Of a DNA stretch of 64,000 nucleotides, positions 9,971-18,306 are shown one piece after another. The notes below the pieces were generated by a model. It made no database searches. It saw only the letters and a list, made by a program, of their open reading frames with translations, and had not been told where the DNA came from. The translations under genes and the position numbers were made by a program. The first letter of the stretch is position 1; each line of letters starts with the position of its first letter. The stretch is from an uncultured Alphaproteobacteria bacterium (GTDB lineage: Bacteria; Pseudomonadota; Alphaproteobacteria; Methylaequorales; Methylaequoraceae): contig CABZJY010000004.1 of assembly GCA_902526175.1 (NCBI GenBank), positions 64,174-128,173 on the forward strand, given 5' to 3'.

Positions 9971-10614
9971 GTTCAGTTAAAATTGCACCGTCAATTTTAT
10001 CAGCTAATTTTGCCAAATTAGGTGAGGAAATATCAATGATTGATAAAGCGGGCTGCGACTATATTCATATAGACGTAATGGACGGACATTTTGTACCTAA
10101 TATTACATTCGGTCCTGAAATTATAAAAAAGATTAGACCTTATACAAAAAAGATTTTTGATGTACATCTTATGATTAATCCAGTAAAAAAATTTATACCT
10201 GATTATATTAATGCTGGTGCAGATATAATTACTATTCATGAAGAAATAAATGATGATGTCGAGAATTGTCTTAGACTAATAAAGAAGCATGGTCTAAAAA
10301 CAGGAATATCAATCAAACCAAATACATCAGAAAAAAAATTGGAAAAATATTTGGATCTTCTTGATTTAATTCTTGTTATGACTGTGGAGCCTGGATTTGG
10401 AGGTCAAACTTTTATGCATTCTCAACTTAAAAAAATCAAAAATATCAGAGAAATGATAGGCGAAAAATCGATTGACCTAGAAGTTGATGGTGGAATTAAT
10501 AATTCTACATCAAAATTAACAATTGAAGCCGGAGCCAATGTTCTTGTTGCGGGATCAGCAGTTTTTAGAAATTGTAATTATAAACATAACATCGAAGAAT
10601 TAAGATCTATCTAA
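9967..10614 (+). CDS. rpe: ribulose-phosphate 3-epimerase
   Basis: 215 aa with IAPSILSA, HIDVMDGHFVPN, VMTVEPGFGGQ. Confidence 0.95.
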   Translation: MSSVKIAPSILSANFAKLGEEISMIDKAGCDYIHIDVMDGHFVPNITFGPEIIKKIRPYTKKIFDVHLMINPVKKFIPDYINAGADIITIHEEINDDVENCLRLIKKHGLKTGISIKPNTSEKKLEKYLDLLDLILVMTVEPGFGGQTFMHSQLKKIKNIREMIGEKSIDLEVDGGINNSTSKLTIEAGANVLVAGSAVFRNCNYKHNIEELRSI

Positions 10615-10615
10615 A

Positions 10616-11650
10616 GTGTCATATCGTTTATCTTTCATAAAATGCTTGGTTTTAATTATTTCTCTATTTTCAGTGGTAGAAAACAATATATATTCACAAG
10701 AAAAAAAAAGTTTTGTTAATGTAAAAGTAATTAACCCAAAATTTATAGTCTTTAAAAATGAAATTAAAATTACAGGATCTATTGAGGCTAATGAAAATGT
10801 AAATATAACTTCAGTTGTGTCAGAGAAAATTAGGGAAATTAAATTTAATGAGGGTTCGTTGGTAAAAAAAGATGATGTTTTAGTAATTTTAGAAAATTCT
10901 GAAGAAAAGGCTCAATTAAAACAGGTACAAGCTGAATTAGAGGAATCAGAAATAAATTTTCTTAGAGCCCAAAAGTTATTTAAGGAAGGTAATACTTCAC
11001 AAGCAGTTCTAGATAGAAGATTGAAAGAAAAGAAAAAGTTAGAGGGACGATACGAAGAAGTCCAAGCAAAAATTAATGATTTAATATTAAAAGCTCCTTT
11101 TGATGGTATTCTAGGAACAAAAAACTTTAGTGAAGGTTCGTTTTTAGTGCCGGGAGATGTTGTTGTTTCAATTTATGATATTAAGCAAGTTAAAGTAAAA
11201 ATAAATATTCCTGAAAGATATAGTAACAATTTAAAAATAGGTCAAAAATTTGAGGCAATTATACCCAGTAATAAAAAAGAAAAATTGGTGGGAAATATTT
11301 TTGCAATAGATCCATTAATAGATAAAAGTACGAGAACGTTTATTGTTCTTGGAATAATCAAAAATGATAAAAATAGATCTTTTAAACCAGGTATGATGGT
11401 TAATGTAGGCATAATTTTAGAATCTAATAATCAGTTGTCTATCCCAGAAGGTTGTATCATACCTGAAGATGATGAGACATTCATCTACGTTGTTAACAGC
11501 GAAAATATAGTTATTAAAAAAAAAATAGAAATTGGGAAAAGAAAAGACGGATTGGTTGAGGTATTAGACGGATTATCTACTGATGAAAATGTAATTTTTG
11601 AAGGCACAAATAAAGTTAGGAATGGAATTAAGGTTGTAATAAATAAATGA
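10616..11650 (+). CDS. RND efflux membrane-fusion (periplasmic adaptor) protein
   Basis: GTG start, signal/anchor, coiled-coil hairpin region, lipoyl-like LKAPFDGILG. The stop overlaps the downstream RND pump. Confidence 0.85.
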   Translation: MSYRLSFIKCLVLIISLFSVVENNIYSQEKKSFVNVKVINPKFIVFKNEIKITGSIEANENVNITSVVSEKIREIKFNEGSLVKKDDVLVILENSEEKAQLKQVQAELEESEINFLRAQKLFKEGNTSQAVLDRRLKEKKKLEGRYEEVQAKINDLILKAPFDGILGTKNFSEGSFLVPGDVVVSIYDIKQVKVKINIPERYSNNLKIGQKFEAIIPSNKKEKLVGNIFAIDPLIDKSTRTFIVLGIIKNDKNRSFKPGMMVNVGIILESNNQLSIPEGCIIPEDDETFIYVVNSENIVIKKKIEIGKRKDGLVEVLDGLSTDENVIFEGTNKVRNGIKVVINK

Positions 11651-14600
11651 ATATTTCAAGTTTTTTTATTAAAAAATCAATTTTTTGTATTGTAATTTTT
11701 TTATTAATAATATTGTTGGGACTATTATCTTTAAACAGAATTCCACTGAGGGAATATCCAGATATAGAAAAATCACAAATTACAATTGATACTAGATACC
11801 CTGGATCCTCTGCAGCTACTATTGAGACTAAAATAACAGAGATTATTGAAAATCAGATAAGTGGCATAGAAGGAATTAAATCTATTTCATCGGTTAGCAG
11901 AGACGGTAGATCTAGGATTAAAATTGAATTTAATGCAGAGAAAAATATAAATGAAGCTGCGAACGATGTTCGTGATTCAGTATCTAGAATATTTGGAAGA
12001 TTACCAAAAGATTCTGAAGCACCAGAAATTTATAAGATTGATGCAGATGCTGATGCAGTAATGTATCTCAATCTTTCAAGTTCCAGTCTTAACCAAATGG
12101 AATTAACTGAATATGCAGAGAGATACTTAATTGATAGACTTTCAGTAATACCTGGTGTTGCTAAAATTAATGTTTCTGGAAAGAAAAGAAAATCTATGAG
12201 GGTTTGGATTGATCCAGAAAAACTATCATTTTATAACGTCACAGTTTTAGATATTGAAAACAAATTGCTCGAGGAAAATGTTGAATTTCCAGCTGGCAGA
12301 TTGGAGTCAAAAACAAGAGATTTTTCTGTTCGATTAGAAAGTGGATTAACAAATGTTAAAGATTTTGAAGAGTTGGTTGTTAAGAAAGGTAATCAATTTT
12401 CATACGTAAAATTAAAAGATGTTGCAAAAATTGAGTTAGGACCAGAAGAACCAAGAGAGTTATTTAGAGGAAATGGAGAAGAAATGATTAGTTTTGGAAT
12501 CGTTAAACAAACTTCAGCTAATCTAATCTCTATGTCAAATTTAGTTTTAAAAGAATTCGAAAAAATTAAAAGGGATTTACCTCCTGAGGTAAATATTTAC
12601 AAAAGCTGGAATACTTCTTCATTTGTTACAAAAGCACTAGAAGAAGTTCTAATAACACTATTGCTAGCAATTTCACTTGTTACAATTGTAATTATTTTCT
12701 TTTTAAAAAATGTATCTATTTCTTTTATTCCATTTTTGACAGTCCCAGTTTCAATATTATCTACATTTATTTTTTTAAATTTTTTTGGATTCTCAATTAA
12801 CTTAATTACTCTTCTTGCACTTGTATTATGTACAGGTCTAGTTGTTGATGATTCAATAGTAATGCTGGAAAATATTTATAGAAAAATTGAAGAAGGAAAA
12901 TCATTGGTACAATCATCTCTAGAGGGTTCCAAAGAAGTTTTCTTTGCGATTGTTTCAACTTCTGTAGTACTAATAAGTGTTTTTTTACCAATCATTTTTT
13001 TAAAAGGAGATACTGCAAGGTTATTTGATGAACTTGCTGTGACAATTATAGGAGCAATTTTTTTTTCTACGTTTACATCTTTAACACTTACACCGATGCT
13101 TTGTTCAAAAATATTAAAGATTGGTAATATTAGTTCAAAAAAAATAATTAATACATCAAAATATCTTTATTATTTAAATATATTTATCAAAAATAAATTT
13201 ATTGTTCCTTTAATTTTTGGAGTTTCAATCGTATTTTCATTTATTATTTTTTTAAATTTGCAAAAAGAATTATCACCTAGTGAAGACAGGGGTGCTTTTT
13301 TCTTAATTATGAATTCTCCAGAGGGTAGTAGCTTTAACAATACAGTTAATCAAATGTTAGCACTTGAAAAACAATTAATGAAATTGAATGAAAATAAAGA
13401 AGCTACAAGAGTATTACTTAAAGTCCCAAGAAGTTTTTCAGGTTCAGAAAATTTTAGTGATGGCATTGGTATAATTGTTCTAGACGATTGGTCTAAAAGA
13501 AGACCAATAAATGAAATTATAAGTGAAGTAAAAAAGACGACTGACGTGTCAGATTCTAGAGTAATTATCTTTCCCCCCAGAGGTTTGGGTCAAAGAAGGT
13601 CTGGATCTCAAGTACAATTTGTAATTGAAGGTAATGATTATAATATAATTCAGGATAATATGAACGTTATTTTAGATGAACTAAAAAAAAATGCTAATTT
13701 CACTTTTTATGATGTTGACTATAAAAAGACTCGTCCACAACTTAAAGTTTACATAGATAGGAGCAAAACAGCTGAACTTGAAATTTCATCTAATGATATA
13801 GGTAGAACACTTGAAATACTTTTAGCTGGAAGAAAAATTAACACATACCTAGATAAAGGCGAGGAATACTACGTAATACTTCAGTCAAAAAAATCCAATA
13901 GACGGTTAAAAGATGATTTATCTCAGATTAAAGTTAAAACATCTAATGGTGAGTTTGTTCGTCTAGATTCAGTAGTTTATTTTGAGGAGTTAGCAGAAGC
14001 TAAAGAACTTAATCGTTATAATAGAAGTAGGGCAATCACATTAAAGGCGAGTATATCAAAGGATTATTCTCTAGGAGAAGCAATCTCTTTTTTAGAAAAA
14101 GTTGCAGATGAAAAATTTGATAAAAATGTAAAGATAGATTTTAAGGGACAGGGTAAAGAATTCAAAGAATCATCCAAGCAATTTTATTTTTTATTTTTGG
14201 TTTCTTTTTTAGTTATTTATCTTGTTTTGAGTGCACAGTTTGAGAGTTTTATTTATCCTGTAATAATAATTATTACAGTGCCATTATCATTATTTGGGGG
14301 AATCTTTGGTCTTTGGATATTTGGAAGTTCTTTAAATATATTTAGCCAAATTGGTATAATTATATTACTTGGTATATCAGCAAAGAATGGTATTTTGATA
14401 GTTGAATTTGCTAATCAGTTAAAAAACAAAGGTATTGAACTACATGACGCCTTAATGCAAAGCTGTGAGCAAAGAATCCGTCCAGTCATAATGACTGCTT
14501 TATCAACAATGGTTGGCGCAATTCCCTTAATATTAAGTACAGGTGCTGGCAACGAATCTAGAACGACCATTGGTGTAGTGATATTTTTTGGACTATTATT

Positions 14601-14667
14601 CTCTATTTTTCTAACATTATTTCTTACACCTTATTTTTATAGTAAAGTTGCTAAATATGCAAAATAA
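11647..14667 (+). CDS. RND efflux pump inner-membrane subunit (AcrB/HAE1-like)
   Basis: 1006 aa with a 12-TM layout and two large periplasmic loops. The VVDDSIVMLENI motif is present. Confidence 0.9.
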   Translation: MNISSFFIKKSIFCIVIFLLIILLGLLSLNRIPLREYPDIEKSQITIDTRYPGSSAATIETKITEIIENQISGIEGIKSISSVSRDGRSRIKIEFNAEKNINEAANDVRDSVSRIFGRLPKDSEAPEIYKIDADADAVMYLNLSSSSLNQMELTEYAERYLIDRLSVIPGVAKINVSGKKRKSMRVWIDPEKLSFYNVTVLDIENKLLEENVEFPAGRLESKTRDFSVRLESGLTNVKDFEELVVKKGNQFSYVKLKDVAKIELGPEEPRELFRGNGEEMISFGIVKQTSANLISMSNLVLKEFEKIKRDLPPEVNIYKSWNTSSFVTKALEEVLITLLLAISLVTIVIIFFLKNVSISFIPFLTVPVSILSTFIFLNFFGFSINLITLLALVLCTGLVVDDSIVMLENIYRKIEEGKSLVQSSLEGSKEVFFAIVSTSVVLISVFLPIIFLKGDTARLFDELAVTIIGAIFFSTFTSLTLTPMLCSKILKIGNISSKKIINTSKYLYYLNIFIKNKFIVPLIFGVSIVFSFIIFLNLQKELSPSEDRGAFFLIMNSPEGSSFNNTVNQMLALEKQLMKLNENKEATRVLLKVPRSFSGSENFSDGIGIIVLDDWSKRRPINEIISEVKKTTDVSDSRVIIFPPRGLGQRRSGSQVQFVIEGNDYNIIQDNMNVILDELKKNANFTFYDVDYKKTRPQLKVYIDRSKTAELEISSNDIGRTLEILLAGRKINTYLDKGEEYYVILQSKKSNRRLKDDLSQIKVKTSNGEFVRLDSVVYFEELAEAKELNRYNRSRAITLKASISKDYSLGEAISFLEKVADEKFDKNVKIDFKGQGKEFKESSKQFYFLFLVSFLVIYLVLSAQFESFIYPVIIIITVPLSLFGGIFGLWIFGSSLNIFSQIGIIILLGISAKNGILIVEFANQLKNKGIELHDALMQSCEQRIRPVIMTALSTMVGAIPLILSTGAGNESRTTIGVVIFFGLLFSIFLTLFLTPYFYSKVAKYAK

Positions 14668-14704
14668 ACTACACAAGACATGTATATTTTAATACAATTT
14701 TAAT

Positions 14705-14983
14705 ATGTATATAAGAATAGTAAATGTAAAATTTGCTTCAGAAATTGAAGCTGATGCCATGCATGCTTTTGCAGAGCATGAACTTATAAATAAGTTACCT
14801 GGTATATTGTCAGTAGAGAATGTAAGGATATCAAAATTACATAGTATTGTTATCAACAAATTTGACTCTCAAGAGTCAGCAGAAAAATCAAAAGAAATTA
14901 TTATAAATAAAATGAAACAAAATCCTAATATTAAGATAGAAGTTTATGAGGGTAAGAGATCATTTATCAAAGAAAAATCATAG
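14705..14983 (+). CDS. small hypothetical protein, possibly ferredoxin-fold (ABM/Dabb-like)
   Basis: Intact 92-aa ORF. Only a weak resemblance in size and pattern. Confidence 0.35.
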   Translation: MYIRIVNVKFASEIEADAMHAFAEHELINKLPGILSVENVRISKLHSIVINKFDSQESAEKSKEIIINKMKQNPNIKIEVYEGKRSFIKEKS

Positions 14984-14986
14984 TTT

Positions 14987-15790
14987 TTATTGACAAGGTT
15001 CAATAAATACTTTCGATTCTAACGATTCGTTACCATTATAATTTAGTTTTATACCTTTAATAATTGAAGCATCTAAAAAATCAAAACCAGAATTAATTCT
15101 TATATATTTATCATCAACACATTTTTTGTGAGATGGGTCAAAACCTACCCATCCAACTTCTTTAAGAAATAACTCTCCCCATGCATGTGTAGCATTTTCT
15201 GAAGCATTTAAATCATCATACAAGAAACCATTAACATATCTCGCTGGAATATCACAATACCTTGCAGCAGATATCAATATATGAGCATAATCCTGACAAA
15301 CACCCTCTCCTTGCTCTATTGCTTCTCTTGAACTAGTTGATGTTGAAGTTGACCCACTAACATATTTGATTGAGTTAGATACACTAAGATTTAATTCATG
15401 AGCAAATTCAATTAAGTTTCTTTTTTTAATTTTTTTTGTTAAATTTTCTATCATCTTACATGGAAGTGTTAAGTTTGTATTTCTTAAAAAACATAAAGGA
15501 TTAACCTTTTCTGACAAACCCTTCATTATACCTGAAAGGTCTTTTGTCTTAACAATTCCTTTAGACGTAATTTCTAATTCTCCGCTAAAATTTTTATTAT
15601 AAATATTAAGTATTTTATGACCTAATCCATCAATATGCGATTCAACAATTTTACCACTATTACAATTAATTTCCCATTCCATAATTTTTTGATTTTCGCA
15701 CTGTGTGGGATATAACTTTACACACTGAATCAATTTCGGAACCTCTGTACTATATTTATATAATGTTTTGTGATTTACTTTTATTATCAC
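14987..15790 (-). CDS. transglutaminase-like cysteine peptidase-fold protein
   Basis: Putative Cys-His-Asp triad context: GVCQDYAH .. ATHAWGE .. GFDPSH. The start overlaps the alpha-E gene stop by 4 nt. Confidence 0.85.
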   Translation of the reverse strand: MIIKVNHKTLYKYSTEVPKLIQCVKLYPTQCENQKIMEWEINCNSGKIVESHIDGLGHKILNIYNKNFSGELEITSKGIVKTKDLSGIMKGLSEKVNPLCFLRNTNLTLPCKMIENLTKKIKKRNLIEFAHELNLSVSNSIKYVSGSTSTSTSSREAIEQGEGVCQDYAHILISAARYCDIPARYVNGFLYDDLNASENATHAWGELFLKEVGWVGFDPSHKKCVDDKYIRINSGFDFLDASIIKGIKLNYNGNESLESKVFIEPCQ

Positions 15791-16746
15791 TCTTCAGTTC
15801 CAAAAAAATATTTCTTTTCTAAATTTGAATATATTACGTTTATATCTTTAATAAACGATCTTAAAAATTCATGTAATCCAATATTAGAAATTTCGTTTGC
15901 ATTCAATTTTTTTAAATCCCTATACATTAACTTTACTTGTGATTTAGCTTTAGTTTTCTGTTTATAAAATTTACATAATCGTTCTAAATGATGATTAATC
16001 TTTTCCACAGAAAAAATTAATGAACGAGGACATGTCATATTCAATATTAAAAAGTCAATAATTTTTATATAATTAATTTGTTCTTCACCATATGCCCATT
16101 TGAACGCTCTAAAAGATGAAATGGACCTCAACATCATACTCCATTGAAAATTATCAACCTCGCTTCCTACATAATTCACACTTGGCAATAATATAAAGTA
16201 TTTAACATTAATTATCCTTGCAGTGAAATCTGCTCTTTCAAAATAGGTTCCTAAAATTAAAAAATCATAACCATCATTAATCAATTGCGTATTTAGTATT
16301 GTTCCACGAATAAGATTTACTTGCCTTTTTACCCATTCAATAATTTCTGGTAATTCTTTAAGAATATTTTTTGTTGATCGAGTATTCGATTCAAGATCAT
16401 GAAATGTTGAATTAATTGCATTCCATACCTCAAGAGTTACTGCTGTTCTAACCATTCTGATATTTTCCCTTGCATTTTTAATACAATTTTTGATAGATGA
16501 AGGGTTGTTTGTATCAAACAATAAAAACGAAATAATTTTTTCTTTTGTAATTTTGTGGTTTTGTTGAAGATATGTTTCTTTAATTCCAGAGGTTTCTAAA
16601 ATTGATTCCCACTCATTAATATACCCTGATTTAGTATTTGGAATAAGTGATATTCTGTATCCTACTTCTAAAAGTCTAGCCAATGAATCTGCTCTTTCAA
16701 TATATCTTGCAGACCAAAATAAATTTTCAGCTGTTCTACTTAACAT
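15787..16746 (-). CDS. alpha-E domain protein (DUF403 family)
   Basis: The N-terminus MLSRTAENLFWSARYIERA is the hallmark of alpha-E proteins that follow circularly permuted ATP-grasp genes. Confidence 0.85.
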   Translation of the reverse strand: MLSRTAENLFWSARYIERADSLARLLEVGYRISLIPNTKSGYINEWESILETSGIKETYLQQNHKITKEKIISFLLFDTNNPSSIKNCIKNARENIRMVRTAVTLEVWNAINSTFHDLESNTRSTKNILKELPEIIEWVKRQVNLIRGTILNTQLINDGYDFLILGTYFERADFTARIINVKYFILLPSVNYVGSEVDNFQWSMMLRSISSFRAFKWAYGEEQINYIKIIDFLILNMTCPRSLIFSVEKINHHLERLCKFYKQKTKAKSQVKLMYRDLKKLNANEISNIGLHEFLRSFIKDINVIYSNLEKKYFFGTEE

Positions 16747-16749
16747 ATC

Positions 16750-18156
16750 TTACTCATTTATTACCCAAGTATCCTTTACTCCACCACCTTGTGAAGAATT
16801 TACAACTAATGATCCTTTTTTTAAAGCTACTCTTGTTAACCCACCACTTACTAACTTTGTTTTCTTAGCGCCAACTAAGCAAAATGGTCTTAGGTCAACA
16901 TGGCGAGGGGATAATTCCTTTTTTGAAAAAATTGGTACTGATGATAAATCAAGAATTGGCTGAGCAATATAATTACTTGGGTTAGCTTCAATTTTTTTCT
17001 TAAAAACTTCAATCTCCTTTTTTGATGATTTACTACCTATTAGTAATCCATAGCCTCCTGATCCATGAACCTCTTTTACAACTAATTTATGTAAATTATT
17101 TAATACATATTTCTTTTCATCAGCTTTAAAACATCTCCATGTTTTAACATTATCTAAAATAGCTTCTTCACCTAAGTAAAACTTAATTATTTCGTGCATA
17201 TATGCATAAATAGCCTTATCATCAGCCACACCGGCTCCAGGAGCAGAACAAATGTTTAGATTACCGGATTTATATGAATCAAATAATCCAGGCACACCTA
17301 TTAAAGAAGTACTATCAAATGATATAGGATCAATAAAATTATCATCAATTCTTCTGTAAATAATATCTACTTTTTCTGGACCTTTTGTTGTTTTCATATA
17401 TGTAATATTTTCATCAACATATAAATCTGGACCTTGAACAAGCTCAACACCCATAAGATCAGCTAAAAAACTATGTTCATAATAAGCACTATTAAAAGAA
17501 CCTGGAGTTAGAATTACAATCTTAGGTTCATTTTCGCACTTAAGAGGTGTTAATGTTTTTAAAATTTCAAGTAAATAAGTTGGATAGTTTTCAACTGTTT
17601 CAATTTTGAGTTTTTCGAATAATTCTGGAAACATTCTCATCATAATTTCTCTGTTCTCAATCATATAGGATACCCCAGATGGTGTCCTACAATTATCTTC
17701 TAAGATTTTAAAACTTTTATCGTTTATCCTAATAATGTCTGATCCAATAATTGGACTATAAATATTTTTGGGCACTTTAAAACCAACCATTTTAATTTCG
17801 TAAGCTGGATTTTTAAATATTAAGTCCTCAGGAATAATTCCTGCCTTAACAATTTCTGCAGTGTTATATATATCGTTCAAAAAAGCATTAATTGCTAGTG
17901 CTCTTTGAATTACACCCTTTTCAATAGTTTTCCATTCCGATGATGATAAAATTCTTGGGAACATATCGAAAGGTATTAGTCTCTCGGTAGAGTCAAAATT
18001 ATTATATACTGAAAAAGTAATGCCTATTCTCTTAAATAAGCTCTCTGCCTCATTTTTTTTTTTTACAATGACATTCTCAGGAAGTGATTTGGCCCAATCA
18101 ATAATTTGATTGTAAGGTTTTCTAACCTTAGAATTTTTATAAACTTCATTAAACAA
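16750..18156 (-). CDS. circularly permuted ATP-grasp (type 2) amidoligase-family protein
   Basis: 468 aa of the family usually found with alpha-E and transglutaminase partners. The only in-frame start after the upstream TGA is TTG at 18156. Confidence 0.8.
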   Translation of the reverse strand: MFNEVYKNSKVRKPYNQIIDWAKSLPENVIVKKKNEAESLFKRIGITFSVYNNFDSTERLIPFDMFPRILSSSEWKTIEKGVIQRALAINAFLNDIYNTAEIVKAGIIPEDLIFKNPAYEIKMVGFKVPKNIYSPIIGSDIIRINDKSFKILEDNCRTPSGVSYMIENREIMMRMFPELFEKLKIETVENYPTYLLEILKTLTPLKCENEPKIVILTPGSFNSAYYEHSFLADLMGVELVQGPDLYVDENITYMKTTKGPEKVDIIYRRIDDNFIDPISFDSTSLIGVPGLFDSYKSGNLNICSAPGAGVADDKAIYAYMHEIIKFYLGEEAILDNVKTWRCFKADEKKYVLNNLHKLVVKEVHGSGGYGLLIGSKSSKKEIEVFKKKIEANPSNYIAQPILDLSSVPIFSKKELSPRHVDLRPFCLVGAKKTKLVSGGLTRVALKKGSLVVNSSQGGGVKDTWVINE

Positions 18157-18194
18157 TTTTTTATACTCATATCAGAAGAGGGAGAGAGACTTAG

Positions 18195-18245
18195 AATGCG
18201 TTCCTTCGGTGTCTAACCTACTTCCGACCATAAGGTTGAACGTTT
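18195..18245 (-). promoter_or_regulatory. glutamine riboswitch (glnA RNA motif) candidate
   Basis: Minus-strand RNA: AAACGUUCAACCUUAUGGUCGGAAGUAGGUUAGACACCGAAGGAACGCAUU. P1 is CGUUC/GAACG, and there is a hairpin ACC-UUAU-GGU. The signature strings CGGAAGUAGG and ACCGAAGGAACGC are recalled from memory of the published consensus. It forms a GC-rich island in an AT-rich spacer. Confidence 0.75.
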
Positions 18246-18250
18246 TATAA

Positions 18251-18279
18251 AGCTTATTATTAAAATAATTAAAAATCAA
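18251..18279 (-). promoter_or_regulatory. candidate sigma70 promoter for the riboswitch transcript
   Basis: Minus strand TTGATT-N17-TAAGCT. The predicted start falls at the base of riboswitch P1. The -10 element is weak. Confidence 0.3.
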
Positions 18280-18306
18280 GGTGTTAATTATTCTGTAGAT
18301 AATTAA

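Noticed and set aside
18181-18245. Possible glycine riboswitch, because of CACCGAAGG followed by a CUCUC tract. SAR11 genomes are known to carry glycine riboswitches.
   Set aside because: No 5' GGAGAG/P1 partner and no second aptamer. The P1 CGUUC/GAACG and the CGGAAGUAGG string fit the glnA (glutamine) motif much better.
18195-18245. Possible SRP (4.5S) RNA fragment, because of GGUCGGAAG.
   Set aside because: Far too short. It lacks the conserved GGUCCGGAAGGAAGCAGC helix-8 context and the long closing helix.
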